Shown: positions 35,155 to 45,312, numbered from the stretch's first letter. The stretch is DNA of 64,000 nt from an uncultured virus (IMG/VR IMGVR_UViG_649633043_000004) (IMGVR_UViG_649633043_000004); one strand, 5' to 3'. The notes: generated by a model from the sequence alone, not told the origin. Program-made: numbers and translations.

Positions 35155-37406
35155 TGTTCACCATCTATACGTCCGACGCCTACCAGCAGGAATCCAACTG
35201 CACCTACCCGCACCTAGTCCAGGTCACCGACGAGGCGAGCTTCAGGAAAGCCGTCTCGCACGACCACGTGTGCGCCAAGTACAGGAACAACTACCGCGGC
35301 AACGAGAACTTCATCTCCTCGGACTGCCTGCCGGTCGACTGCGACAACGACCACTCAGAGAACCCGGCGGACTGGAAGACGCCAAGGGATATCGAGGTGG
35401 CGCTGCCCGGCGTGTTCTTCGCCGTCCACTACAGCCGCCACAACAACCGGCCCAAGGACGGCAAATCCGCAAGGCCGCGCTTCCACATCTTCTTCCAGAT
35501 CGACCCGATCTCAAACTACGAAGCGTATGCCGCATTGAAGCAGCTCCTACACGACATATTCCCCTACTTGGACGGGAATGCGCTCGACGCGGCACGCTTC
35601 CTCTACGGGACAAGGAACCCGGAGGTCGAGTTCCATCCCGGAGGCAAGACGCTCACGGACTTCCTGTTCGGCGACGAGTTCGACAGGGACATGCCGGGCG
35701 GCTACGAGAAGCAGGCCACGATTCCGGAGGGCAGCCGGAACAACACGATGTTCCACTGGGCAGTACGCTCCATGAAACGCTATGGCGATTCAGAGGAATC
35801 CAAGAACGCGTATTTCACGGAAGCGGAGAAATGCCAGCCGCCGCTCTCCACGGAGGAGCTGAACCACATCTGGAGAAGCGCACAGAAATACTATGCGAAG
35901 ATCGCAAGCCAGCCCGGCTACGTGAACCCGCAGGAATACAACAATCCGAATCCCGGCTGGGACGAGCCGCTGCCGTTCTCACGGTACACGATGGCACCCT
36001 TCCCGGTCGACGCCCTGCCAGCTTCAATAGCCGACTACGTTCGCGCCGTCGCGGAAAGCACGCAGACCAGCGTCGACATGGCGGGCTCGATCGCAATATC
36101 CGTTCTCTCAACCTGTCTTCAGAAGAAGTACCGGATACAGGGCAAGTCCGACTGGATGGAACCCTTGAACACGTATGTGATCGTGATTGCGCCGCCTTCG
36201 GAGAGGAAGTCCTCGGTGCTGCATCTGATGCTGCAGCCTGTCAACGACTACGAGGTCGAATACAACAAGACCAATGCCGCGGCGGTCGAGGCCGGGCGCA
36301 TGCAGAAGCGCGTACTGGAACGCAGGCAGAAGGCCCTCGAGGAGAAGGTCGCCAAGGGCAACGCCGATCCGGAGGAGCTTGAGCGCATCGCGCAGGAGGT
36401 CGCCGACTTCGAGGAAGTGAATCCGCTGCAATTGTATGTGGATGATATTACGACCGAGAAGCTCGTCTCCGTCATCGCCAGCAACCACGGCCACGCCTCG
36501 CTGATCTCCAGTGAGGGCGGCATCTTCGACACGCTCTCCGGCATCTACACGCGGAACGTGAACATCGACGTCATGCTCAAGGGCTACTCGGGAGACACGA
36601 TCCGCGTCGACCGTATTGGCAGGGACAGCGAAAGCATCATGGACCCGGCGCTCACCATCCTCCTGATGGCGCAGCCGAACGTCGTATCCGCTGTCCTCAG
36701 CAACACGACCTTCCGCGGACGAGGCCTCACCGCAAGGTTCCTCTACAGCATGCCGGTCTCGAGTGTGGGAAGCCGCAGGTACCGGAGCGAGGCCGTGACC
36801 GACGGCATCTACCGTGCCTACGAGCGTCTGGTCGTAAACCTGCTGGACGACGAGTACCCGGCGAAGCCGCAGATTATAACGCTCTCGCCGGAAGCGGACT
36901 CTGAGCTTGAGTCGTTTGCGAACTGGCTGGAGCCCAAGCTTACGACCGATTATGCAGAGATGGCCGACTGGGCAGGAAAGCTCGTCGGCAACGTGCTGCG
37001 CATGTCCGGCCTCCTCTGCCGGGCTGGCACCTACCAGAGCCACGACTTCCTTGACACCCACGGCGCGTTGACGGTCTCCGGCAAGACGATGGCGGACGCT
37101 ATCCGGCTGGGCCGCTACTTCCTGAACCACGCGCAGGCCGCGTACTCCGTGCTGCCGGAGGATGCGATGTACCGGAATGCGGGCATGATCCTGCAGCGCA
37201 TCAAGGAGCGGAAGCTCACCGCTTTCGACAGGCGTGCCGCGATGCGCATGTGCCGCACCTTCAAGACGGTCGACTCCATCCAGCCAGTGCTGGACTTCCT
37301 TGAGGACTACGGGTACATCGCGCAGAAGCCTCAGAAGTATTCCGGCACAGGCAGACCGCCGCTTCCCAAGTACGCCGTCAATCCGTGGCTGAAGGAGCAC
37401 AAGTGA
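35154..37406 (+). CDS. Primase-like protein (prim-pol-type N-terminus, PriCT-1, YfjI/DUF3987 helicase-like domain)
   Basis: ATG 35154; VDCDNDHS, RPRFH, IPEGSRNNT, CQPPL; APPSERKSS, DDITTE, IRVDRIGR, GLTARFL. Confidence 0.85.
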   Translation: MFTIYTSDAYQQESNCTYPHLVQVTDEASFRKAVSHDHVCAKYRNNYRGNENFISSDCLPVDCDNDHSENPADWKTPRDIEVALPGVFFAVHYSRHNNRPKDGKSARPRFHIFFQIDPISNYEAYAALKQLLHDIFPYLDGNALDAARFLYGTRNPEVEFHPGGKTLTDFLFGDEFDRDMPGGYEKQATIPEGSRNNTMFHWAVRSMKRYGDSEESKNAYFTEAEKCQPPLSTEELNHIWRSAQKYYAKIASQPGYVNPQEYNNPNPGWDEPLPFSRYTMAPFPVDALPASIADYVRAVAESTQTSVDMAGSIAISVLSTCLQKKYRIQGKSDWMEPLNTYVIVIAPPSERKSSVLHLMLQPVNDYEVEYNKTNAAAVEAGRMQKRVLERRQKALEEKVAKGNADPEELERIAQEVADFEEVNPLQLYVDDITTEKLVSVIASNHGHASLISSEGGIFDTLSGIYTRNVNIDVMLKGYSGDTIRVDRIGRDSESIMDPALTILLMAQPNVVSAVLSNTTFRGRGLTARFLYSMPVSSVGSRRYRSEAVTDGIYRAYERLVVNLLDDEYPAKPQIITLSPEADSELESFANWLEPKLTTDYAEMADWAGKLVGNVLRMSGLLCRAGTYQSHDFLDTHGALTVSGKTMADAIRLGRYFLNHAQAAYSVLPEDAMYRNAGMILQRIKERKLTAFDRRAAMRMCRTFKTVDSIQPVLDFLEDYGYIAQKPQKYSGTGRPPLPKYAVNPWLKEHK

Positions 37407-37492
37407 GTTTTGTCATTTCGTCCTATGCCTGTCCTGACCTTCAGGACAGGTTCAGGGACACGAAAACATCAGCATCCATGCGGCTTTCAGGG

Positions 37493-37614
37493 TTTTGTCC
37501 CTTTTGTCCGAACCCCTATAAAAAGCAAAAAAGACTTATTTATTTATTATCAATTCTTCTACAAAACCATATGGAAATACGGATAGAGGGACAAAAGCGA
37601 CAAAAGGGACAAAG
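37493..37614. repeat. Inverted 9-bp iterons flanking an AT-rich spacer, candidate phage origin
   Basis: TTTTGTCCC/TTTTGTCCG (37493-37510) and GGGACAAAA/GCGACAAAA/GGGACAAAG (37588-37614). Confidence 0.65.
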
Positions 37615-37650
37615 CCTCAAAAACGTTGAAAGCACGGAGGTTTTAACACC

Positions 37651-38208
37651 ATGAACAATTCAGGACAAGTCTTAGGCATTGACGGCCTAAAGGACAAAAG
37701 CTATCTCGCCCGCTGCCAGAAGACACTACGCAGCTGGGGAGCACCGTTCTCCGGATGGACATGCAAGGAGATCTACGACGTACGTGATGACGACTGGAAC
37801 GCACCGCTCCACGCATGCGAGCTGTGCGGCTGCACCAAGGTCCGCTACGTTCACGTCATGACGCACCCGGACTACTTCGAGGATGTATCCGTCGGCTGCA
37901 TCTGCGCCGGAATCATGGAAGGCGACATCCTCGCCGCCAAGGACCGCGAACGGCTGATGAGAAACCGCTCCAAGCGGAAACGCAGCTTCCCGAAACGCAA
38001 ATGGACAAGGACGACAAACGGCTGGAGTCTCACCTACCACGGAGAGCAGATCCTCATCGGGCGCAGCCGCCACAACCCGGAGCGCCTCGGCGTCAAATAC
38101 AACGGCCAGTGCGTCTGGACATACAAGGGAAAGCCGATCACCGACTTCCTCTCCGCAGCCTACGCCGCATTCAACCTGGCCGACCCGGTTCCGGAGGCGA
38201 AACCATGA
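37651..38208 (+). CDS. Hypothetical Cys-rich (zinc-binding) protein
   Basis: RBS GGAGG; CELCG...VGCICA. Confidence 0.7.
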   Translation: MNNSGQVLGIDGLKDKSYLARCQKTLRSWGAPFSGWTCKEIYDVRDDDWNAPLHACELCGCTKVRYVHVMTHPDYFEDVSVGCICAGIMEGDILAAKDRERLMRNRSKRKRSFPKRKWTRTTNGWSLTYHGEQILIGRSRHNPERLGVKYNGQCVWTYKGKPITDFLSAAYAAFNLADPVPEAKP

Positions 38209-38492
38209 GAAGTGAAAAGCAGATCGAGCAGAAACTCGCCAGCGAGGTGAAGCGCCGCGGCGGCATCGCGCCGAAGTTCGTCTCACCCGGCTTCGACGGG
38301 ATGCCGGACCGGATCATCCTGCTGCCCGGCGCACGCATCGCCTTCGCAGAGCTCAAGGCACCCGGAAAGAAGCCAAGAAGACTGCAATATGCACGGCACC
38401 GACTCCTGCGGAAACTCGGATTCCGCGTCTATGTCATCGACAATCCAGAACAGATCGGAGGTGTGATAGATGAAATTGAAAATAGTCTGTGA
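38205..38492 (+). CDS. VRR-NUC domain nuclease
   Basis: ATG 38205; SEKQIE, GMPDRI, FAELKAPG, LQ. Confidence 0.88.
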   Translation: MRSEKQIEQKLASEVKRRGGIAPKFVSPGFDGMPDRIILLPGARIAFAELKAPGKKPRRLQYARHRLLRKLGFRVYVIDNPEQIGGVIDEIENSL

Positions 38493-38982
38493 TTGGTGCG
38501 GACGTGAATTCTTCCGAGATTCAGCCCAGCTTAAAGGCAAGAAGCACCACTTCTGCAGCAGACAATGCCTCGCGGATTTCAGCAGCAAAGCGAAGAACCC
38601 AGACGGCTATGCCAGCCTCAAGGACTTCACTAACATAAGCCAGCACATAACAAAGCTAAACGAGGAACTCAACCCGGATCGTATGACGCCTGAGACCAAG
38701 GAGAAACTCAGAGAATCCCGCCTCGGAAAAGGCAGATGCGACGGTTATTCCAAAATCCATGGACTCGCCGCACATCGCGTCGTAGCTGAACAGATGCTTG
38801 GAAGGTCATTGATGCCCGGAGAAGTCGTACACCATCGTGACGGAAACCGATACAACAATTCTCCCGAGAATCTGGTCGTTTTTCCGTCGCAAAGTGCACA
38901 CGCTCACCACCACAGCGAATTGAGATGGTTCATCAAGCAGATAAAAGAAATGGAGGCCGAAGAAAATGCAAAAACTAAGTGA
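38470..38982 (+). CDS. HNH (homing-type) endonuclease with an N-terminal zinc finger
   Basis: CDWCG...FCSRQC; AHRVVAE...EVVHHRDGNRYNNSPENL. Confidence 0.85.
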   Translation: MKLKIVCDWCGREFFRDSAQLKGKKHHFCSRQCLADFSSKAKNPDGYASLKDFTNISQHITKLNEELNPDRMTPETKEKLRESRLGKGRCDGYSKIHGLAAHRVVAEQMLGRSLMPGEVVHHRDGNRYNNSPENLVVFPSQSAHAHHHSELRWFIKQIKEMEAEENAKTK

Positions 38983-40318
38983 CCTTCATTCCTACCAGAA
39001 ATACTGCGTCTCCTATATCGAGACTCACAACACAGCTGCCATCTTCCTTGATTGCGGTCTTGGGAAAACCATCATCACGCTGACTGCTGCCGTCGACCTT
39101 CTGTTTGACAGCTTCGAGGTCAGCCGGATTCTCGTAGTCGCGCCTCTTCGAGTGGCCCGCGACACCTGGCCCGCTGAAATCAGGAAATGGGAGCACCTCT
39201 CCGGTCTCACCTACGCCGTTGCAGTCGGAACCGCACGGGAACGCAAGGCGGCACTCATGCAACAGGCGGATATTACGATCATCAACCGGGAGAACCTTGG
39301 ATGGCTGATCGACGACTCCGGCATTCCCTTCACCTACGACATGGTGGTATTGGACGAGCTCTCCTCCTTCAAGAACCACAAGTCAAAGCGGTTCCGCGCC
39401 CTGATGAAGGTCAGGCCCAAGGTGAAGCGGATCATCGGCCTCACCGGCACGCCATCAAGCAACGGATTGATGGATCTGTGGGCGGAGTTCAAGGTGCTGG
39501 ACAAGGGAGAACGTCTCGGACGCTTCATCACCCAGTACCGGACGGCCTACTTCATGCCCGACAAGCGCAACGGCGAGATCATCTACTCCTACAAGCCGCT
39601 GCCGTATGCAGAGGACGCGATCTACCGGAAAATCTCGGATATCACGATTTCCATGAAGTCGACCGATCATCTGAAGATGCCGGAGCTCATCTCCACGCAG
39701 TACGAGGTGCAGCTGTCCGCCGAGGAGCGCAAACGGTACGAGGAGCTGAAGAACGATCTGGTGCTGGAACTTCACGGCGACGAGATCACCGCAGCGAACG
39801 CGGCAACGCTTACCGGGAAGCTCTCTCAGCTTGCAAACGGCGCGATCTACTCCGACGACGGGAAGATCATCGAATTCCATGACCGGAAGCTCGACGCCTT
39901 GGAGGACATCATCGAGGCCGCGAACGGGAAGCCGCTGCTTGTCGCCTACTGGTTCCGGCACGATCTGGAGAGAATCCGCAGACGGTTCGACGTCCGGGAG
40001 ATCAAGTCGTCGCAGGACATCGATGACTGGAATGCGGGCAATATTCCTGTAGCAGTCATCCACCCGGCCTCCGCCGGTCACGGGCTCAACCTGCAGTCCG
40101 GCGGATCGACGCTTGTCTGGTTCGGCCTCACGTGGTCATTGGAGCTCTACCAGCAGACGAACGCAAGGCTCTGGCGGCAAGGCCAGAAAAGCCGGACCGT
40201 CGTCATCCAGCACATCGTCACTGCGAGCACCATTGACGGGCAGATCCTCAACGCCTTGAAACACAAGGACAAGACGCAGTCAGCGCTTATCGCTGCGGTG
40301 AAGGCGGTGATGCGATGA
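38966..40318 (+). CDS. SNF2-family helicase
   Basis: DCGLGKT, VLDELS, LTGTP, HGLNLQ, QTNARLWRQGQ. Confidence 0.92.
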   Translation: MQKLSDLHSYQKYCVSYIETHNTAAIFLDCGLGKTIITLTAAVDLLFDSFEVSRILVVAPLRVARDTWPAEIRKWEHLSGLTYAVAVGTARERKAALMQQADITIINRENLGWLIDDSGIPFTYDMVVLDELSSFKNHKSKRFRALMKVRPKVKRIIGLTGTPSSNGLMDLWAEFKVLDKGERLGRFITQYRTAYFMPDKRNGEIIYSYKPLPYAEDAIYRKISDITISMKSTDHLKMPELISTQYEVQLSAEERKRYEELKNDLVLELHGDEITAANAATLTGKLSQLANGAIYSDDGKIIEFHDRKLDALEDIIEAANGKPLLVAYWFRHDLERIRRRFDVREIKSSQDIDDWNAGNIPVAVIHPASAGHGLNLQSGGSTLVWFGLTWSLELYQQTNARLWRQGQKSRTVVIQHIVTASTIDGQILNALKHKDKTQSALIAAVKAVMR

Positions 40319-40536
40319 ACGACCCCTACGAGAATCTCGCCAACGCCGTCATCCTGCAGGCTGTCCGCGACTACCGGACAGCACTGAAGGCCCTGCGCAT
40401 GAACCCGCGGAACAAGGCCGCGCAAACGGAGAAGGAATCCGTCGAACGGTTCTTCCGGTCCCAGTGGTATCAGGCGCTGACGACGGTTGACGGCGAGATG
40501 CTGATAAAAAAGCTCAACGAGGAGGTGATGAGATGA
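40315..40536 (+). CDS. Conserved phage hypothetical protein
   Basis: PYENLANAVILQAVRDYR...ERFFRSQW; coupled on both sides. Confidence 0.8.
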   Translation: MNDPYENLANAVILQAVRDYRTALKALRMNPRNKAAQTEKESVERFFRSQWYQALTTVDGEMLIKKLNEEVMR

Positions 40537-40946
40537 CTCCGAAGCAATATCTGAATCAGGCCAAGCACCTGGATGCGCTGATCCACTCGCGGCTCCGGGA
40601 GATCGACTACTGGAGGGAAATGTCCACCAGCGTCAGCGGCATGCGCTACGACGGCATGCCGAGGAACCCGAACACGCCAAGCGACGCGCACTTCGTCACC
40701 TGCCTCCACAAGATCGACGAGATACAGGCCGACGTGGAGAAGAAGGTGGCGCAGCTCATTACGCTGCGGGACGAGATCAACGCGCGTATCGACCTGCTGG
40801 CTGATCCCGAGGAGCAGCTGGTTCTCCGCTACCGGTACATCGACAACTGCACATGGGAGGAGATCGCCAGCATGCTGAACGTCAGCCTCCGCACCGTACA
40901 CCGCATCCACGGATCGGCACTTCAGAACTTCACAATGCCGGATTAG
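40533..40946 (+). CDS. RinA/ArpU-like (DUF1492) late transcription regulator
   Basis: MTPKQYLNQ...VLRYRYID..TWEEIA..LNVSLRTVHRIHG HTH. Confidence 0.85.
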   Translation: MTPKQYLNQAKHLDALIHSRLREIDYWREMSTSVSGMRYDGMPRNPNTPSDAHFVTCLHKIDEIQADVEKKVAQLITLRDEINARIDLLADPEEQLVLRYRYIDNCTWEEIASMLNVSLRTVHRIHGSALQNFTMPD

Positions 40947-40951
40947 AAAAG

Positions 40952-40988
40952 TTGGCACGGTTTGGCACACTTTGGCACAGAATGGCAG
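40952..40988 (+). repeat. 10-bp-phased TTGGCAC repeats, candidate late-activator site
   Basis: TTGGCAC at 40952, 40962 and 40972; ATGGCAG at 40982. Confidence 0.7.
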
Positions 40989-41100
40989 ACGCCTTCTGTG
41001 TTATCCTTACAATAGCGAAAACCATAAGAAGAACCACGAAGCCTTGCGAGCACCGCGCCCGCAGGGCTTTTCTTATGCCCGAAGGGAGGCGGCAAACGCT

Positions 41101-41454
41101 ATGCCAATGAAACCGAAACGGCCCTGCCGCTATCAGGGCTGCCCGAACCTGTGCGAGGACGGCGAACAGTACTGCCCGGAGCACAAGGCTCTGATGGAGA
41201 AGCACTACGAGAAGTTCACGCGCGGCTACTCGACCGGCAAACGATACGGACGCTCCTGGCAGCGCATCCGCACACGCTACGTCCACAAGCATCCTCTCTG
41301 CGAGATGTGCCTGAAGCAAGGACGTTACGTTGCGGTCGAGGAAGTCCACCACATTGTTCCCCTGTCGGAAGGCGGCACGAACGACGAGAGCAACCTCATG
41401 AGCCTGTGCAGGTCGTGTCACGAGAAGATACATAAAGAGCGCGGCGACCGGTAG
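41101..41454 (+). CDS. Packaging-associated HNH endonuclease
   Basis: MPMKPKRPC; PLCEMC...EVHHIVPLSEGGT..ESNLMSLCRSCH; directly upstream of terS. Confidence 0.9.
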   Translation: MPMKPKRPCRYQGCPNLCEDGEQYCPEHKALMEKHYEKFTRGYSTGKRYGRSWQRIRTRYVHKHPLCEMCLKQGRYVAVEEVHHIVPLSEGGTNDESNLMSLCRSCHEKIHKERGDR

Positions 41455-41590
41455 GGGCGGTTGAAATCTCTACGAGGCGGCGCTGCGGAAAACGGCGCGG
41501 GGCTTTCTGTACGAAAAAAGCGAAATCAAACGGGTAATAACCCGGCTCCTTATCTATTACGCGCGTACATGCGAGAAAGGCGGTGACGAA

Positions 41591-42142
41591 ATGCCTACAA
41601 AATCGAATAACACTGGCGGTCGCGGCGGCAGACGTCCCGGCGCTGGCCGGAAGAAAACCGCCGTCAAGGAGAAATACGAAAACGGGAATCCGGGCGGACG
41701 AAAGCTCGAAGTGCTCGACATCCCAGACACCGAGGGCGAGGACATGCCGGAACCGCACGAGTTCCTCTCGGCTCGGCAGCATGACGGCTCCACTCTGGAG
41801 GCCGCCGACATCTACCGCGAGACTTGGGAATGGCTCGACAAGCTCGGCGTCGCAAAAGCCGTATCACCGCAGCTGCTGGAACGGTATGCGATGTGCTCCG
41901 CGAGATGGATTCAGTGCGAGGAAATGACGACCAAGCTCGGATATTTGAGCAAGCATCCGACGACCGGAAAGCCGATCCCGTCGCCGTTCATCAATATCGG
42001 CATCAACTACATGAATCAGGCGAACCGCCTGTGGGACGAGATCTTCCAGATCGTGAAGGAGAACTGCTCCACCGAGTATGGCGGCGCGAATCCGCAGGAC
42101 GACGTGATGGAGAGACTGCTTCGTGCCAGAAAGGGAATGTAA
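41591..42142 (+). CDS. Terminase small subunit (P27 family)
   Basis: GGRRPGAGRK, GNPGGR, PIPSPF; position in the packaging module. Confidence 0.85.
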   Translation: MPTKSNNTGGRGGRRPGAGRKKTAVKEKYENGNPGGRKLEVLDIPDTEGEDMPEPHEFLSARQHDGSTLEAADIYRETWEWLDKLGVAKAVSPQLLERYAMCSARWIQCEEMTTKLGYLSKHPTTGKPIPSPFINIGINYMNQANRLWDEIFQIVKENCSTEYGGANPQDDVMERLLRARKGM

Positions 42143-43405
42143 ATGAACACACAAAGACTTGAACAGGTACCGATTGACAATCTGGTGCCATATGCCCGGA
42201 ACGCCCGGACACATAGTAAAGAACAGATCGCGCAGCTCCGCTCCTCCCTCCGGGAGTTCGGATTCGTAAGCCCTGCGGTCATCGATCAGGATTACAACAT
42301 CCTCGTCGGCCACGGACGGATTGCTGCTGCACGAGAGGAAGGGTACAAGACCGTCCCTTGCGTATTCGCCGAGGATCTGACCGACGCGCAGAAACGCGCC
42401 TACATACTCGCCGACAACCAGCTCGCGCTGAACGCCGGATGGGACGAGGAAATGCTGTCCGTCGAATTAGCTGACCTGCAAGAGAACGCGTTCGACCTCT
42501 CCCTGCTCGGTTTCGACGACAAGGAGCTGGAGAAGCTGCTCGGCAGCGATACAGAGGCTGAGGAGGACGATTTCGATGTTGATGCGGAACTGGAAAAGCC
42601 GTGCTTCTCAAAACCCGGCGACCTCTGGCATATCGGGAAGCATACGGTCGTCTGCGGAGACTCCACCGACCCGGAAACATTCGCGAAGCTGCTCGGCGAC
42701 AAGAAGGTCAACCTCGTCTGCACCGACGCGCCGTACTTCGTCAACCTGGAGAATGCGTCCGGGAAGATTGCCAACGACGACCTCAAGGGAACGCAGGCTT
42801 ATGACTTCCTGATGAAATGTTTCTCTAATTTCAAGAACGCTATGGCGGACGACGCTTCGATTTACGAGTTCTATGCGACCATGCAGGCGCGCGTGTTCTA
42901 CGACGCCTTCGAGGACGCCGGATTCAAGGTCGGAGCCGGACTCATCTGGAAGAAGCCGCGCGCTCCGCTCATGCGCACCGACTGGAAGTTCAACATGGAG
43001 CCGATCATCTTCGGCTGGCGCAAGGACGGCAAGCACAAATGGTACGGCGACCAGAAGCAGAAAGCCGTATTCGAATTCGACGGCGTGAAGAACTCCAAAG
43101 AGGACGGCTTCGGACACCCTTCCAGCAAGCCCGTGCCGCTCATCGCCTACCTCATCGAACAGAGCACCGCGACAAACGGACTCGTGCTTGACGGGTTCCT
43201 CGGCTCCGCCTCAACGCTCATCGCCTGCGACCAGATCGGACGCATATGCTATGGCGTGGAGCTTGAACCCAAATATGTAGATGTAGCCGTCGTCCGTTAC
43301 CTGCATTCACATAATGAAGATTCAAGCGATGTGAAGCTCGTCCGTGACGGGAAGGAATACACATACGAACAGGCGCTTGAAATGATGGAGGCTGTTGATG
43401 AGTAA
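42143..43405 (+). CDS. ParB-like N-terminal domain + N4/N6 DNA methyltransferase
   Basis: LVPYARNARTH, GHGR, LADN; TDAPY (DPPY-like), HPSSKP, LDGFLGSAST. Confidence 0.88.
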   Translation: MNTQRLEQVPIDNLVPYARNARTHSKEQIAQLRSSLREFGFVSPAVIDQDYNILVGHGRIAAAREEGYKTVPCVFAEDLTDAQKRAYILADNQLALNAGWDEEMLSVELADLQENAFDLSLLGFDDKELEKLLGSDTEAEEDDFDVDAELEKPCFSKPGDLWHIGKHTVVCGDSTDPETFAKLLGDKKVNLVCTDAPYFVNLENASGKIANDDLKGTQAYDFLMKCFSNFKNAMADDASIYEFYATMQARVFYDAFEDAGFKVGAGLIWKKPRAPLMRTDWKFNMEPIIFGWRKDGKHKWYGDQKQKAVFEFDGVKNSKEDGFGHPSSKPVPLIAYLIEQSTATNGLVLDGFLGSASTLIACDQIGRICYGVELEPKYVDVAVVRYLHSHNEDSSDVKLVRDGKEYTYEQALEMMEAVDE

Positions 43406-44009
43406 TGTGAAATACAACTTCTCGGATGATGGAACTACAGCTTATGGCGAATTGCCCAGCGGCGAAGTCTTTGTCCTCGACGCAGACATGCTTGCAGCAA
43501 TCAATGGCATCAATTTCTATATAGGAAGCAAAGGACCACACTCTTCCGGTTTCTACGTAATTGACTGCAACGGACGCGCTCTCCACGATTACTTGTTCGA
43601 ACATAGAGATGGATTTGAAATTGATCACATCAATCTTGATACGCTCGATAATCGCAGATGCAACATCCGATATTGCACCCACCAACAGAATCAGATGAAT
43701 CAACCGCTCCAGAAAAACAACACATCTGGAGTAAGCGGAGTCAGCTATTATCCTTCGCGGCACTAGTTCCGTGCAAGGATCAAAGTCAATCAGCATGAGA
43801 TTCATCTGGGCTATTACGACACCTTCGAAGATGCCGTCATGGCAAGGAATGTCGGAATGCTCTGTATGTTCGGGCAATATGGCCGTTATAACGATGTCGG
43901 GAGAACCCCAGAATGGATTAAAAACAATGTTGCAGATAGATGTGCGCGCTTTGAGGAGTTATCTCAGAGTAGCGCATTTTTTGATTTCTGGAGAGTCGAC
44001 GAAGTCTGA
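43395..44009 (+). pseudogene. HNH-AP2 endonuclease interrupted by an in-frame TAG (43764-43766)
   Basis: IDHINLDTLDNRRCNIR HNH; the same frame continues after the stop with FRARIKVNQHEIHLGYYDTFEDAVMAR (AP2) to TGA 44009. Confidence 0.8.
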
Positions 44010-44084
44010 TTCCTTTGTGTACTAAGCACAGTTTCATGCCCTGATAATCGGCTTATTTTCTACCGGATAAATCTCGAAGATTCG

Positions 44085-44130
44085 CTTGCTATTACAGGCC
44101 TTCAGAGTGATGTATATACATGCCGAAAGG
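44085..44130 (+). promoter_or_regulatory. Repeated promoter-like cassette, copy 1
   Basis: CTTGCTAT-N10-CAGAGTGAT-N8-ANNCCGAAAGG, also at 45356. Confidence 0.65.
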
Positions 44131-44172
44131 CACATGGCCTTCGGACAGACGCATACCAAGGAGGTTAACACA

Positions 44173-44904
44173 ATGCGAATCAACTACAACGTAACCGGAG
44201 CAAAGAGAAAAGAACTGGTGAAGGTCATCTCCGACACCACCGGAGCCAGGGCGGAATACAAATTCATGCCGACCTGCAACTACGAGATCGGCTTCTTCAC
44301 CGTCACCAAGGACGGCGCGCTCGAGTTCGACGACATGGCGGACAGCGAGGAGGTCGAGAAGGTTCTCGAAGCCATCGCAGCCGCAGGATTCGAGCCCGAG
44401 CCGCAGGAACCCACGGAACCGGAAGCCGCAGCCGAGTCGGAGGAAGACGCCGAGGAAGCGCCGGAAACCGAGGAGATGGGCCTGACAGTTGAGCTTCCGC
44501 TCGACAAGGTCGCGGTCGGAACGCTGACCAACATCCTCGAAGCCAAGGGAACGCTCATCAAGAAGGCGCTCGGCATAGACGACCTGCGGTTTGAAATCAA
44601 AGAGGGCCGCATCGCATTCCCATGGTTTCCGGAACTGCCGGAGCCGGACGAGGTCAAAGCCTACACCGAGTTCATTTCCCTGCTCTGCAAGCTCTCGAAG
44701 GAACTGAAGCGGGCAAGCTCCACGGAAACGCCGGTGACGAATGAGAAGTACGCATTCCGCTGCTTCCTGCTCCGCCTGGGATTCATCGGCAGCGAATACA
44801 AGAAGGAACGCAAGATTCTCCTGCAGAACCTCTCCGGCAACTCAAGCTGGAAAAACGGCGCTCCTGAAAAGAATACCAAGAACAGCGAGGAGGTGCAGGC
44901 ATGA
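44173..44904 (+). CDS. Phage 'virulence-related' family hypothetical protein
   Basis: ATG 44173; YNVTGAKRKELV, TLIKKALG, NEKYAFRCFLLRLGFIG. Confidence 0.82.
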   Translation: MRINYNVTGAKRKELVKVISDTTGARAEYKFMPTCNYEIGFFTVTKDGALEFDDMADSEEVEKVLEAIAAAGFEPEPQEPTEPEAAAESEEDAEEAPETEEMGLTVELPLDKVAVGTLTNILEAKGTLIKKALGIDDLRFEIKEGRIAFPWFPELPEPDEVKAYTEFISLLCKLSKELKRASSTETPVTNEKYAFRCFLLRLGFIGSEYKKERKILLQNLSGNSSWKNGAPEKNTKNSEEVQA

Positions 44905-45125
44905 GGCTGATCAGACCAGAGGAGCTTGAACGGCTTCGCAAGACTTACCCGAACGGCACCCGCGTGGAGCTTATCAAAATGGATGATATCCAGGCTCCGC
45001 CCATCGGCACGAAAGGCACTGTTTACGGCATTGATGATACCGGAAGCCTGCTCGTCCACTGGGACAACGGCGGCGGACTGAACGTCATCTACGGCGAGGA
45101 CATTGTGAGAAAGGCTGGTAACTGA
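44901..45125 (+). CDS. DUF4314 protein
   Basis: YPNGTRVELIKMDD..APPIGTKGTV..IDD.G...VHWDNG. Confidence 0.85.
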   Translation: MRLIRPEELERLRKTYPNGTRVELIKMDDIQAPPIGTKGTVYGIDDTGSLLVHWDNGGGLNVIYGEDIVRKAGN

Positions 45126-45126
45126 T

Positions 45127-45312
45127 ATGGATGAGAAAGTCAGAGAACAAATTATGGCCATCCGGGATACCGGCAAGGTCAACATGCTCTCAGTCATCGA
45201 GGTTCAGCGGCTGGCGTTCGATTCCGGATATTACGAGCTGGTCCTCTACATTGAAGAACACCGCCGCGAATACTGGCACTTCATCATGACCGGCGAGACG
45301 GAAGAATCCTGA
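45127..45312 (+). CDS. DUF5049 protein
   Basis: QIMAIRDTGKVNML...GYYELV...Y..FIMTG. Confidence 0.82.
   Translation: MDEKVREQIMAIRDTGKVNMLSVIEVQRLAFDSGYYELVLYIEEHRREYWHFIMTGETEES

Noticed and set aside
37385..37654. 89-aa ORF between the primase and the Cys-rich gene
   Set aside because: Spans the iteron/AT-rich origin candidate and has no good RBS; probably non-coding
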